In this document: positions 39,673 through 52,804 of the stretch, piece by piece
How the letters are laid out: every line of letters begins with the position of its first letter
Numbering within the stretch: position 1 is the stretch's first letter
Source of the DNA: Octopus bimaculoides
Lineage: Eukaryota
DNA: 64,000 nucleotides
Assembly (NCBI RefSeq): GCF_001194135.2
Contig: NC_068986.1
Coordinates: forward strand, 56,759,361-56,823,360
Direction: 5' to 3'
Position numbers and translations under genes: made by a program
The notes under the pieces: model-generated
What the model was told of the DNA's origin: nothing
Databases searched by the model: none
The model's input: the letters and a program-made list of their open reading frames with translations, nothing else

Positions 39673-40326
39673 TTACGTTTTGTTTTATTTGGGAACAGAG
39701 AGTGTTGAAACTGTAATGGACTGTTTAAACAGCGTGTACTTTGAACTTTGCCAGCAACATCAACAGCAACCGCTGTAAAATTAATAATTTACTCCATTCC
39801 CCCACAGACACACTCACACAAGCACTTAGGAGAAAGTCTTTACGCAATGACTTGACATACTTGAAAGAGCAACCAAATTTCCTTTCAGATCATTACCTAC
39901 ATACGGAAAGGACACGTGGAAAATGTAATGCTGGACAAAGAAAAAAAATGGAATGTTTAAGGCTGGAAACATCTTTGATCCTAAATGTAGTCGATCATAG
40001 ATGACCTTGGTTAAAAAGCCCCACCCTCAAGAAAAAGTAGCATCAATAACATACAATAGAGCTTCAACGAAGTTGTTCGATCTACTATAGATAGTAGTCA
40101 AATCTGTATCATATCTCACAGAAGTTCCTTCAAATTGGAAGGACAAATGGAATAGATAGCTACGTCTCAATAAAAAAGATGTGTTCGCTAATGGCCAGTT
40201 TCGGTCATACGTTTTCAAGATATAAACTCACAGGGAACTAAGCAATAACAACTAGAACATTACATATAGAGATAGTGATAGATTATAACATTAAGGAGAA
40301 AACAAGGAAAAAGATAAAATAATAAC

Positions 40327-40377
<51 letters not shown>

Positions 40378-40387
40378 CAACAGCAGC

Positions 40388-40419
<32 letters not shown>

Positions 40420-40433
40420 AAGCAGCAGCAGCA

Positions 40434-40496
<63 letters not shown>

Positions 40497-40519
40497 ACGA
40501 GGTCATTCCCATCGATTTC

Positions 40520-40925
40520 GACGTATGAGTGTTTGAAAGAAAGGATTAAAAGAAGAAAGATTTAAAAGAGGACTGCGATGGATGCATGTATGTAATTTAA
40601 ATCCGGGTATAGATTTTATTATGAAGTCACAATGAGGATTTTGGATTTGCCCTGGATTTGAGAAGAGAAATGAGAGAGAACATATCCAAACAAAGAGTAC
40701 AAGTGAAGAAACAGGAAGATGCTAGAAACAAAAACTTAAATAGAGGGAATATGATTAAAGCAATAGATACATGAGCTATGCCAGTGTTGAGATACTTTTA
40801 TTCCCTCCCTAAAATGGATAAAGAGTGAAACTAGGAAACTGCTCACAATGCACAACGTACACCACCCTAAAAATATAATACAGAAAGATTCTGCCAGCAA
40901 AGAAAAGAAGGAAACAGACAATTAC
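40520..40925 (+). mobile_element. Decayed internal fragment of an R4/Dong-type LINE
   Basis: NRGNMIKAIDT*AMPVLRY...RKLLTMHNVHHPK matches the post-RT region of this clade. Confidence 0.7.
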
Positions 40926-40975
40926 TAAACGCATATACATACACACAAACACGCGCGCACACTCACACATATACA

Positions 40976-41036
<61 letters not shown>

Positions 41037-42027
41037 NNNNNNNNNNNNNNNNNNNNNNNNNNNNNNNNNNNNNNNNNNNNNNNNNNNNNNNNNNNNNNNN
41101 NNNNNNNNNNNNNNNNNNNNNNNNNNNNNNNNNNNNNNNNNNNNNNNNNNNNNNNNNNNNNNNNNNNNNNNNNNNNNNNNNNNNNNNNNNNNNNNNNNNN
41201 NNNNNNNNNNNNNNNNNNNNNNNNNNNNNNNNNNNNNNNNNNNNNNNNNNNNNNNNNNNNNNNNNNNNNNNNNNNNNNNNNNNNNNNNNNNNNNNNNNNN
41301 NNNNNNNNNNNNNNNNNNNNNNNNNNNNNNNNNNNNNNNNNNNNNNNNNNNNNNNNNNNNNNNNNNNNNNNNNNNNNNNNNNNNNNNNNNNNNNNNNNNN
41401 NNNNNNNNNNNNNNNNNNNNNNNNNNNNNNNNNNNNNNNNNNNNNNNNNNNNNNNNNNNNNNNNNNNNNNNNNNNNNNNNNNNNNNNNNNNNNNNNNNNN
41501 NNNNNNNNNNNNNNNNNNNNNNNNNNNNNNNNNNNNNNNNNNNNNNNNNNNNNNNNNNNNNNNNNNNNNNNNNNNNNNNNNNNNNNNNNNNNNNNNNNNN
41601 NNNNNNNNNNNNNNNNNNNNNNNNNNNNNNNNNNNNNNNNNNNNNNNNNNNNNNNNNNNNNNNNNNNNNNNNNNNNNNNNNNNNNNNNNNNNNNNNNNNN
41701 NNNNNNNNNNNNNNNNNNNNNNNNNNNNNNNNNNNNNNNNNNNNNNNNNNNNNNNNNNNNNNNNNNNNNNNNNNNNNNNNNNNNNNNNNNNNNNNNNNNN
41801 NNNNNNNNNNNNNNNNNNNNNNNNNNNNNNNNNNNNNNNNNNNNNNNNNNNNNNNNNNNNNNNNNNNNNNNNNNNNNNNNNNNNNNNNNNNNNNNNNNNN
41901 NNNNNNNNNNNNNNNNNNNNNNNNNNNNNNNNATATATATATATATATATATATATAAAGGGTAGCAAAACTATACAGAGTTATACAACCAGTGGCCTAG
42001 CATGTAACAAAGTCAATAGACAACATA

Positions 42028-42425
42028 TTCCATATAAAGTATAAAAGAAATTACCCCTAACAGGTAACTTCTACACGCTAGAAGACAGTAAAAAACGACC
42101 GAAAACCACAAAATAAAATATTTCAAAGGGAAGGCAAAATGAAAACTTGGGAACATTGAAGACATGTGATTTTTGCCTTCTGTCTTGTAGCTATACGTTA
42201 ATCCTTGACGGCTGGTTACTGAAGAGGATTTGCCTAGTAAATTACTTTATTTACTAAAAAAATTCGAAACCTATAGGTCTAACCGTTAAAAGTAAGGTAA
42301 AAGTCTTTATTTTTGCTTCCCTTTGAAATGTTTTAACATTTTTGTGGTTTTCGATCGTTTTTGACTGTCTTCTAGCGTGTAGAAGTTACCTGTTATGGGT
42401 AATTTCTCTTATACTTTATATGGAG
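42028..42425. mobile_element. MITE with about 125 bp inverted arms and TA flanks (Tc1/mariner type)
   Basis: TA|(T/C)TCCATATAAAGTATAA...; arms about 42028-42148 and 42301-42425. Confidence 0.85.
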
Positions 42426-42485
42426 TATATGCATACATACATACATACATACATACATACATACATANNNNNNNNNNNNNNNNNN

Positions 42486-42522
<37 letters not shown>

Positions 42523-42894
42523 TACATTCATACATATACATATATAAACATTGTATATGTAGTAAAAAACATGTAAGATACCTTCTTTCTCTATCTGAAA
42601 TTAGAGTAACAAATAATTGTTGTTGTTGTTGTTGTCGTTGTTAAAATACCAAGCTCAACCCCGATCCAGCTTACATATGGCTCACGGATATAATGTTCTT
42701 GCTATACAAGGCTTAGTGAAGTACAGGATTTCTGCATAAGCTAAATCAGCTATATCTTAGATATTCACGTTCCTCAAAGTAATTAAATGACAGGGGTTAC
42801 TCCGAAGCTTCATATAGTTTAGGGCCTCTCTAAGTCTACTCTCAGCACTGACCCCGTTCTAATTTATGGCTTCGCTGATTGCACAGTTCTTATT

Positions 42895-43100
42895 TCTTTA
42901 TTGCCCACAAGAGGCTAAACATAGAGGAGACAAACAAGGACAGACAAACGGATTAAGTCGATTACATCGACCCCAGTGCCTAACGGGTACTTAATTTATC
43001 GACCCCGAAAGGATGAAAGGCAAACTCAGAACGTAGCGGCAGACGAGATACCGCTAAGCATTTCGCCCGGCGTGCTAACGTTTCTGCCAACTCGCCGCCT
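42895..43100 (-). mobile_element. Family A SINE variant
   Basis: gtcgattacatcgaccccagtg...gcgtgctaacgtttctgccaactcgccgcc. Confidence 0.85.
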
Positions 43101-43345
43101 TCAGTTCGTCATTTAGTGACCCATGATGAAACCATATTGGCATAAGTGCATCCGGAGTGATATAAAAAACAACACCAGAAATACACTGGGGTATGTTTGA
43201 TATACTGCACAGATTTTCTTATATTGGCACAAAGATACAATTTGTACGTGAAGGAGATCTTTTATAAATGTTTGTCCTTGTTTCAATATAAACAAAATCA
43301 CTTATATAAAATATGAAAACGTTATAAAGTTTTTCCCAACTAAAT

Positions 43346-43413
43346 TCATGAAACCGACAGATACTGGCACAGCTCCACAGTAGCAAATCCATTGTTTCCC
43401 ACCACAAAACACA
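43346..43413 (-). other. Strong acceptor and possible alternative terminal exon (V)CFVVGNNGFATVELCQYLSVS*
   Basis: ctatatcctctcaatatcttgttttctgtAG at 43415-43414; phase-1 stop at 43348-43346. Confidence 0.2.
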
Positions 43414-43753
43414 CTACAGAAAACAAGATATTGAGAGGATATAGATGTACAGATGAAATGAATCAGAGATGTAATTGGCAATCGATATTTTCGATCACAT
43501 CCTAATTTTCCTTTCTCTTTTCGTTTAGCGTCTCTCAATTTATATGAACGCTGTTGCTATGGAATGTTTAACCAACACACTCCATCAACAATTTCTATGT
43601 TGATAGTGCTGGGTGATTGAAGCAAGGAGTTCGACGACTCATGTGTGTATGAGTGTATGCATATATACATATATACGTATACGCTTGCACAAACACGAAG
43701 ACACATATGTATGTATATATATATATACACACACACACACATATATATATACA

Positions 43754-43787
<34 letters not shown>

Positions 43788-44018
43788 TACACACATGCAT
43801 ACATTTATACATACGTACATACATACATACATACATACATACATAAATGCATGCTTATATACATGCATATGTATATGTGTGATGAGAGTTCGTGTGTGTG
43901 ACTTTCATGATTTAAATGAATGCATGCTACAGTGAAAGAGATGCTGTATATCAGAAAAAGGGAACGAGAGACTGAGACATAGAAAAACTGTGTAGTGATA
44001 GAATGGATAGAAGCAAGT

Positions 44019-44079
<61 letters not shown>

Positions 44080-44817
44080 AGAGAGAGAGAGAGAGAGAGA
44101 GAGAGGTAAAGAAAGAGAAAAAGACAGAGAGAAAGAAAGAGAGAGAGACTGAAAGTGAGAGAGAAAAAGGAGAGTCTGTAATGGAATAAGAGAGGCAAAG
44201 TAAAAATATGGTGGAAAAGAAGGTATAAAATATCTATAGAAGAGGCTAAAATAAATGAGAATAATGAGAAGGGCGATGGGAGGAGTTGGTGGCGTTGAAG
44301 AAGATGGTATGAATAATAGTAGTGATAGTTGTAGTGGTAATATTATTATCAATAGTAGTAATAGTAGCTGAAGGAGTAGTAGTAAAATAACAAAATCAAG
44401 AACATGAACAAGAAAATGATGATTGAGATCAAGAAGATAAAAAGGAAAAAAGAAGGTGATGGTATAAGAGGAGGAAGATATTAAAATAAGGAGTAAAACA
44501 CACATAACCAGAGTACATTGATATAAACCATAGAGAATATAGTTATTAAAGAGTAAAGAGTAACATTTCTTGCGAATAAAGATGACAACGACGACGATTA
44601 TGATGGTAGTGGTATTGTTGGTGGTGATAGGGGTATTAAGGGTCAGGAGAAAATAGAAGAAAGGTATATAGAGGTAAGTAATGTGAGGAAGATGGCGATG
44701 GTGATTTAGGTTATGATTATCAAAATGAAATTAATTGTAATTATATTTTACTAGATTTAACTATTCATGTATAGCCATTTCTCAATGGTAATAATAATAA
44801 TAATAATAATAACAATA

Positions 44818-45003
44818 ATGCCTCAAGGTCGTAGATTTTGTAAGTGTGTATAGGCAATTAAACTGGTATTTTTTGTTTATCTACACCAGAAAGATGAAAG
44901 CCGAAATTGTTCACAGAGTGGTTTGAACCCACAACGTTAAGAGGCGGAAGAAAGAGCGCAAGATATTTTGTCTCTCACTCTAACGATTCCGCCAATCCCT
45001 CAC
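44818..45003 (-). mobile_element. Diverged family A SINE flanked on both sides by (TAA)n
   Basis: gaaagatgaaagccg..gtttgaaccc..ctaacgattccgcca; (TAA)n at 44790-44817 and 45004-45135. Confidence 0.7.
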
Positions 45004-45005
45004 TC

Positions 45006-45135
<130 letters not shown>

Positions 45136-45628
45136 CGCAACAACAATAATAGCAATAAGGAAGTTGAAAAGAATGGTATAAAAGGTAATATATATTATTT
45201 CCATTAAGTATATAAGCACCCTTACGTAAACACCCATACGCATACATCGGTCCATCTACCCGTTTATCCAACCAGTCAACCATCCATCCGTACACACGAA
45301 CACACACCTAATATAATTATACACACACATACATATACACACAGCCACAGATGTATGAGACCTATATACGTCAGGGTGTGTACAAAAGACGAGAAAAAAA
45401 CACACCAAAAAGACCCAAAGTAATTTAAACATGGGTTCCAATTGGTTGCAGGTTTGCTCGCTTTTGTTGGCAGATTTCTTGTATTCATTGTTGTTGTAGC
45501 AGCTCGTTGTGTTTATTTGCTTGTTTTAATGGTGTATATTGAAATAAATGAAACCATTTGGTGCGGATAGTAATGGTTGAATATATATGTGTAGTTAATT
45601 TGCGTATTTTGTGTGTGTGCGCGCGAGC

Positions 45629-45672
<44 letters not shown>

Positions 45673-45749
45673 GTGTGTGTGTGTATATATACATATACGT
45701 ATACATACATATAAATGCATATGTATATATGAATATATGTCAACGCACA

Positions 45750-45784
<35 letters not shown>

Positions 45785-45953
45785 TTTGTGTGTCATGAGA
45801 CAGCGAAAGAGAGAGAGAGAGAGAAAGAGATTCATAGGTGAGCCGAAGTATTTATCTTTTCTTCTTTGAAACAACATGTTATTCAAACTAGAAACGCATA
45901 TCACCAAACATTATATTTCCAAAATGCTGCCAAATCTATCCTAGACAACTCAC

Positions 45954-45984
45954 CGTATCTTCTCTCACCCACCTTCGTCGACAT
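45954..45984 (-). CDS. Candidate start MSTKVGERRY + G (phase 1)
   Basis: ATG at 45984, open to a consensus donor; weak Kozak (-3 T); preceded by a 16-codon uORF. Confidence 0.3.
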
Positions 45985-46419
45985 TGACTCCGTCCTTACA
46001 TAAATACTAATGTATTTTGATATCTGTTCCGTGACCTTTTTTGCATCAATATTAAAACATGCCTTAGTAGTAGTAAAGCTGTTGTTTTTGTTTGCTTCGT
46101 TTTATTTTTTATTTATTGCAATGAGATTGGTTGGTCCACGTTATATAATAAATTGACGGTCGTTTAGCTTAGCCAATTGCGATTACATGAAATAAAAAGA
46201 AGCATAAAACATGTATGAAATTCAACAACGAAAACAATCATAAGAAATACAACAGCAACGGTAATAAGAATAATAAAAATAATAATATTAATGGTTTCTT
46301 TTATTATCATAAGGGCAACGGAGGCGAGGACATTACAAGGACAAATTACGAAAACAAGGAAAAAAGGAAAAAAAAAAAAACAGTAGAGAAGTGGTGAAGT
46401 TCGCGTGTGGAAATCAGAC
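45954..46419 (-). other. Candidate 5' UTR / first coding exon (466 nt)
   Basis: Acceptor atttttattattatttttcAG at 46421-46420; donor ACG|GTGAGT after 45954. Confidence 0.5.
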
Positions 46420-46838
46420 CTGAAAAATAATAATAAAAATGATATGCAAATAGAAACCACCATCGAAGCCTTTGCTATAACGTGTTCAGTTATTGTGTGA
46501 TGCAATATAAATTTCTTTCAACTAACGTGTAACGTGTAACACCATTACAATTGTGAGGGATAATTACAATAAACGAAATAAAAAAGAAAAGAAAAAGAAA
46601 ACGAAAAACGAAATTCATTTGATTCCATTTAAATTGAACTTGTATCGATGCAATATTGAGGGACATAATTAATACGTTCAGTGACCGTCGAGTGGGTAAC
46701 ACACAACTTTCGCAGTTTATTCACTGTATCGCAAAGTATTTTCTCATATTCCTGAACAGGAAAGACACTTAAGTTTCATTACTCGGGTTTACTCTTCAGT
46801 AGAATATATTTCTGATTGTTTACGGAAAGTTAACTCAC

Positions 46839-46900
46839 CTCATACTGGTATGCTCTCCAATGATATATTTTACTTTCCTAATTTTACAGAACGAAGATAT
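46839..46900 (-). other. 3' end of a candidate alternative first exon
   Basis: Consensus donor GAG|GTGAGT after 46839, 420 nt upstream of the 46419 acceptor; no good acceptor upstream; 5' boundary unknown. Confidence 0.3.
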
Positions 46901-47223
46901 GAAAACAAAATGACAACAACAACAACAACGACGACGACGACGACGACGACGTCGATGACGTCGATGATGATGACGACGATACTTTCAAAATTACATTCAA
47001 ATGTCATGAAAGTTTTATGAAAGCATGTGGATGTACAATGTTATATAAAAATGATGGGGAGAAACAAAGACATTATACAGTACTTTGAGAATTATTAAAT
47101 AATTTAATTACTCAAAATAATTGAATTGATACCTACTGATATGTGTGTGCGTGCGTGTGTGTGTACGAGCAATATAAGTATCAATGTATACATATATTTA
47201 TATATATGCATGTGTATATGTAA

Positions 47224-47311
<88 letters not shown>

Positions 47312-47962
47312 ACACACATTTATATATATATATATGTATGTATGAATATATTTATATGTGTGTATATGCATGTATGTATGTGTGAGTGTGTGAGTGTGTG
47401 TGAGTATAAATACAGACATACGTTTCGTATAGTCAAAAGTGATCTCTAAGTGCTGGGTATCATTTTTTTCTTCGAGTCGAGGGTTCACAGAGTTTAACAG
47501 TTTATTGTTGGACATACAAAGCGCTGTAAATTTCGTGACTTCGTACATCCGATGCCCGAGCCTTTTGTTTAGGTACATTTATATGTGTTTGAGGAAGGAA
47601 GAATTCTTTTTCCCTTCTTTTTCTTCCTTTTGCAAAGAGCTTGCTACACTATTTCGTTCTCGATGCTCACTTTATTGTCGCAAGATGTTTCAGTCGTACT
47701 GCTAGTTGTCAGTAGAGAAACCCATAATCGTTGGCTTTTAGAACTGATTTCTTTTCTCATCTATGGATCTGACACCGGAGTTATGATTTATAAAACTTGA
47801 GAAGCAGAAGCTCTTAGTACCGTCTCATGTTGTTGCTGGCTGTCTCTGCTCCTGTCCAAGGCATTCCCTTTTCCTCTGTGCTACAATTTATTTAACTGTG
47901 CTGCGTTTTGTTACAATGCTGCTTTGAGAACAGACTTAATGATAATATATACTATATACCGT

Positions 47963-48299
47963 GAAGGCGCGTGGCTTAGTGGTAAGGGTATTCGACTCAC
48001 TATAGTGGGGTCGTGAGTTCAATTCCCGACAACACATTGTCTCGTTCAGCAAAATACTTTATTTTACATTGTTCTAGTCCACTCAGCCGGCAAAAATGAG
48101 TAGTACTTGTATTTCAAAGGGCCAGTCTTGTCACAATCTGTGTCATGCTGAATCTCTCTGAGAATTACGTTAAGGGTACACGTGTCTGTGGAGTGCGCAG
48201 TGGAGTCTGTGGAGTCACTTGCACGTTAATTTCACGAGCAGGTAGTTTCATTGATCGGATCAACTGGAACCCTCGTCGTCATAATCGACGGAGTGCCAG
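47963..48299 (+). mobile_element. Full-length tRNA-derived SINE (family C)
   Basis: A-box tggcttagtgg, B-box gagttcaattcc, 3' taagggtacacgtgtctgtggagtg...gacggagtgccag. Confidence 0.9.
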
Positions 48300-48589
48300 T
48301 TATACTATAAACCAAATATTTCTCCCATTAGTCTTACCGGAATGCTTATACTACAAGACCCTTAATATAAACAGTTTGAAAGTTTATAAAGTGATGCCAC
48401 TAATTATGCTGCTCCATTACAAAAATAAATAGTAAGAAATTTATTAGTACAAATATTGAAATCATCCCTCCATATAATCGTTCCCATTGCAATTGAATTT
48501 ACACTTCCCTTTGTACTATAAATGTGTTCTATATTTGTAAGTCTTTGGTATAGAAATGGATCAAACTTCCTTACCAAGATATAGCTTCA

Positions 48590-48997
48590 TAAGGCCAGTT
48601 TTCTGCCTCCTGTAGTGTATATATTCCCCGCCAAGACAGGACGCTGATCCGTCGCAGGAATACTCATGTTTGCCAGTTGAGTGTACTTGAGTAGCGTGAA
48701 ATGAAGTTTTGTTCAAGAGCACAACGCATCGCTCGGTATAGGAATCGAAACTACAAGNNNNNNNNNNNNNNNNNNNNNNNNNNNNNNNNNNNNNNNNNNN
48801 NNNNNNNNNNNNNNNNNNNNNNNNNNNNNNNNNNNNNNNNNNNNNNNNNNNNNNNNNNNNNNNNNNNNNNNNNNNNNNNNNNNNNNNNNNNNNNNNAGTT
48901 TTGTTCAAGAGCACAACGCATCGCTCGGTATAGGAATCGAAACTACAAGCTTACGATCATAAGTGCAACACGCTAAACATTAAGCCACTCACCTGCA
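48590..48997 (-). mobile_element. tRNA-derived SINE split by a gap
   Basis: Head gcaggtgagtggcttaatgtttagc..., B-box-like gtttcgattcc. Confidence 0.7.
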
Positions 48998-50076
48998 CAG
49001 TTTTTGGAATACTGGATGAATATTCACCGCGAGAACATCACTGAAGTGGAGTTTAAATTTGAACTCACAAAACATTTATTTAAGAAAAGAATTTGCGCGT
49101 GCGTGGTGGTGTGATTACGAACCTTGCTTTTTCGTGTTCAGCCCCTACACGAAATTTTGGAAAACTGTGTTATACTATGGTCCTTGGCCAACCAAAGCAT
49201 TCTAAGTGGTTTTGGTAAAAGCCCACCGTTTATACTAGAATTGAAAAATGTGCACGCTCAAAAGGGTTACAGAATGTCATAATAAACCTTAAAAAGTATG
49301 GGACTAGCATTGTTGCTGNNNNNNNNNNNNNNNNNNNNNNNNNNNNNNNNNNNNNNNNNNNNNNNNNNNNNNNNNNNNNNNNNNNNNNNNNNNNNNNNNN
49401 NNNNNNNNNNNNNNNNNNNNNNNNNNNNNNNNNNNNNNNNNNNNNNNNNNNNNNNNNNNNNNNNNNNNNNNNNNNNNNNNNNNNNNNNNNNNNNNNNNNN
49501 NNNNNNNNNNNNNNNNNNTTCTAAGTGGTTTTGGTAAAAGCCCACCGTTTATACTAGAATTGAAAAATGTGCACGCTCAAAAGGGTTACAGAATGTCATA
49601 ATAAACCTTAAAAAGTATGGGACTAGCATTGTTGCTGAAAAATATTGGAATCCCTATATATGTCATACATTCTGTGGCAACTTAAAACGAAAATAGACTC
49701 ATATGTGAATTACGATGTCATGATAATTATTAAACCGAGTTCTTAATATAAAAATTTTTAAATGTACAAAATATAATCTTTAACTTTGAATAAGTAAATT
49801 CATTATAATACTCTTCATACCAAAGTATATGAGAAATATATTTCACACTACATGTAAATTACCATGATACTGAAAAAAAAAATTGGATTTATGATGAAGT
49901 CGAATCTATCTAACAGCAGAAGTAAGAAACCGAAATAATTACAAGCAAAGACAATTCGCAATATGATGCACATAGTAATGGACTAATTATGCGAATTAAA
50001 CAAAAAGATTGTCATACCAGTATGTTAGTATGTATGCATGCAAGTACATGTGTGTGTTTGTGTGTGATGGGTGTGT

Positions 50077-50168
<92 letters not shown>

Positions 50169-50580
50169 TAGAGAGAGACAGGGAGACAAAAAAAATATTC
50201 ATATGTAGTATTTCTTTGTGTACGTAGTATTTCCTGTGTGCACAGTTAGATGTATGACTACTACTAGGGGAGCTAGAACTCTACCTAGTTTAGTATTGTG
50301 TCATGAAGTATTCCACTGATGAATCGTTGTGGATCTGCACTATGAACACCCAGTTGCGAAACATTTATAGGAAACAAATGATATAAACTGTATAATACGT
50401 TTACTGGATTATTTTTCTTCAAATTTATGTGCGCGAGCGCGTATGTGTATGTATGTATGTATGTATGTATGTATGCATATATGTACATATATGTATATAT
50501 ATGTACATATATGTATATATATGTTCCCAGGTTTAATCTGACCCGGAGGAGTAGCAAACGTTATGGTCGTCAGTCATGGG

Positions 50581-51107
50581 TTAATTAGAACACATTATAA
50601 TCTTGTAATGGAAAAATGCGAGCATGAAAAGATCATAAACCTGGGAAAGTACAGGACAAGTTATTACACCAGTAAAAGTACAGGACAAGCTATTACTTCG
50701 AGTAAAATAAAGAATAAGAAACTTTTTACTTAAAATATTGCAGCATAGAGTACCAGTTCTTCTAATTTACCACTCTTTACAGTTCTCATCTTTTAAATTT
50801 ATTGAACAAAACTTTTCAGCTAATTTGTAAGTTTGTCTAGTCTAATTAGTCACTTTTTTTCTGTATTTAAGGTCGTAAATTAGCCAAATTCTACTTAAAT
50901 AAGTACAGTGTTATTTGTAAACTATAATAAAATAAGTTTTAATATTCAAATCTTAATTTTAGCTGCAATATTTTAAGTAAAAAGTTTCTTATTCTTTACT
51001 TTACTAGAAGTAATAGCTTGTCCTGTACTTTTCCAGGTTTATAATCTTAAGAATATTACTTTTCATGCTCGCATTTTTCCATTATAAGATTATAATGTGT
51101 TAATTAA
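50581..51107. mobile_element. AT-rich MITE with about 150 bp inverted arms and TTAA-like flanks
   Basis: 50581-50744 vs 50962-51107 reverse complement; the left arm has a 29-bp internal tandem duplication. Confidence 0.8.
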
Positions 51108-52039
51108 TAATTTAAGATTTTACCTTATAAAATACTGAAAGATAATATTTCAATTTTTCCATGTAAGTGATGATAATATTTCAATTTTTTTCATGTTTAA
51201 CTTAAATATATGCAGTGATTGATTTATTTGATATTACCCATCCACACCAAATTAATGGCAGGGATTTTTACCATGTTGTTGGTTGCACCATGGCTCATCA
51301 AAAGTTACAAACAACAAGACCCCAAATTCATCAGTTACCAGGTTCACCTTAAGTAACTTAATTTTGCAATATAAGGAGGTCATAGGAATTCATTCAAAGA
51401 AAAAAAAGTTCCAGTGATTCCGGGATTGGGGGGGGGGGAACCCCACCTAGTTTTTTCCGAACCAAAATAAGGGATTTGTAGCATATTAGGCGGTCAGGAT
51501 ACTTGATTCCACGCAAAAAATCAAAGTTTTTTGGGGGGGTTTTCTTAGCGAAAATCGTGCGGGTGTTAATATACAAATTTACCATAATGTTGTTGTTATT
51601 TAGCATCATATCAACCCTGATACTGCAAAGCTATCATCAAAGACATTCCAGCCTTCAGCACACCGTTGTTTTGTTTTTTTAGGGATAATCTAAGATATTA
51701 CATACAATGAGCGTGAGATTTAGGTAGGTGGATACTTTGGCTGCTATTTTTAGCGTGTCGAGCGACCGAGACTTTTTTTACACACGTATGTAATATGTAT
51801 ATATATCATCGGCTGAAGTTTGAGAGTAAGTCAAAAGCTGAGAGTTTCGTGTATTGGCACTTATCAAACACGAATTTGTCCATTGTCACTCTGTAACTTC
51901 TGACGAAATAACTTCTAAAGTAGAAAATTTTGTCAAAAACGTTACGAGTAAACCCTGTACTATGTGACACATTCTACCAGTATCGGAAGTTTGAAAGTGT
52001 TTACTTAAAAAAAAAAAATATTAATTAAATAAATCTGTA

Positions 52040-52140
52040 CGTTAAAGTCTGCCTCGGCGAAATTTGTGCGTAAAGACAGACGAAATACCGCTATGCATTT
52101 CGCCTGGCGTGCTAACGTTTCTGCCAGTTCGCCGCCTTAG
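52040..52140 (-). mobile_element. 5' head of a family A SINE
   Basis: cgtaaagacagacgaaataccgctatgcatttcgcctggcgtgctaacgtttctgccagttcgccgcc. Confidence 0.8.
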
Positions 52141-52645
52141 AACAAAAATATTCATTTTAGAAATATATTCTTTATTCTTATTGCTTAAGCGTTACTCCCT
52201 TACTCCCTTACTTACAGACATGAAATTTCGTAACATTTTACTTCATAACTGTCTTTCTACTAATTTTTGTTCAATGTGAATAATGATTCTGAATTCCTCA
52301 TATCTTTTTCTATCATTTAAGCCTAAGAAAGGTATACTTTTAATTTAAAATTTTAAAAATTTATGTTAATTGAAGATGAATATCTGCCTTACTGCTCCTC
52401 TTGAGTTCGCAGATATTTTGACGTAACTTTTTTCTACTGAACCAAATCTCAAACTATTTATGCTAAAGTCTAGCTGAGAAGGTGTCCTCTTTAAAACTAT
52501 TAACAGTTTGCAATTTAGTTGAGAACTGAATTAGTGGTGAAGCTTGGAAGCTGCTGCGATTGACGAAATGATGGATTTAAGAATATATTCAACCACTACC
52601 GCGGCTGAATGATACAAGTCACTAACGCGAACAAGGTCACTAATT

Positions 52646-52804
52646 AGCACCAGTATTGCTAGAAATAAGAGTCAAAACAACTAAACAACTCAATAGCCAC
52701 AAAAGCACTATCTTAATGAGCTGACAAGGGAGACAAGCACATTAAGATAATGATTTTGTGGTTAGTGAGTTATTCTGACTCTTATTTCTAGCAATACTGG
52801 TGCT
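52646..52804. mobile_element. Short hairpin element, about 70 bp arms and about 20 nt loop
   Basis: agcaccagtattgctagaaataagagtca is perfectly complementary to tgactcttatttctagcaatactggtgct; weaker relatives possibly near 27500-27650 and 51690-51770. Confidence 0.8.

Noticed and set aside
39890-39925. TAG|GTAATG as a third recursive site
   Set aside because: More simply explained as the donor of a 124-nt intron ending at the 39773 acceptor
48985-49010. CAG|GTGAGT on the minus strand
   Set aside because: No pyrimidine tract, and it is part of a SINE head
48706-49637. Exact 52-bp and 119-bp repeats flanking the gaps at 48758-48895 and 49319-49518
   Set aside because: Identical sequence on both sides of the gaps; cannot be distinguished from scaffolding artefact
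51380-51570. Possible DNA-transposon end terminating in TTAA
   Set aside because: No matching opposite end found in the window
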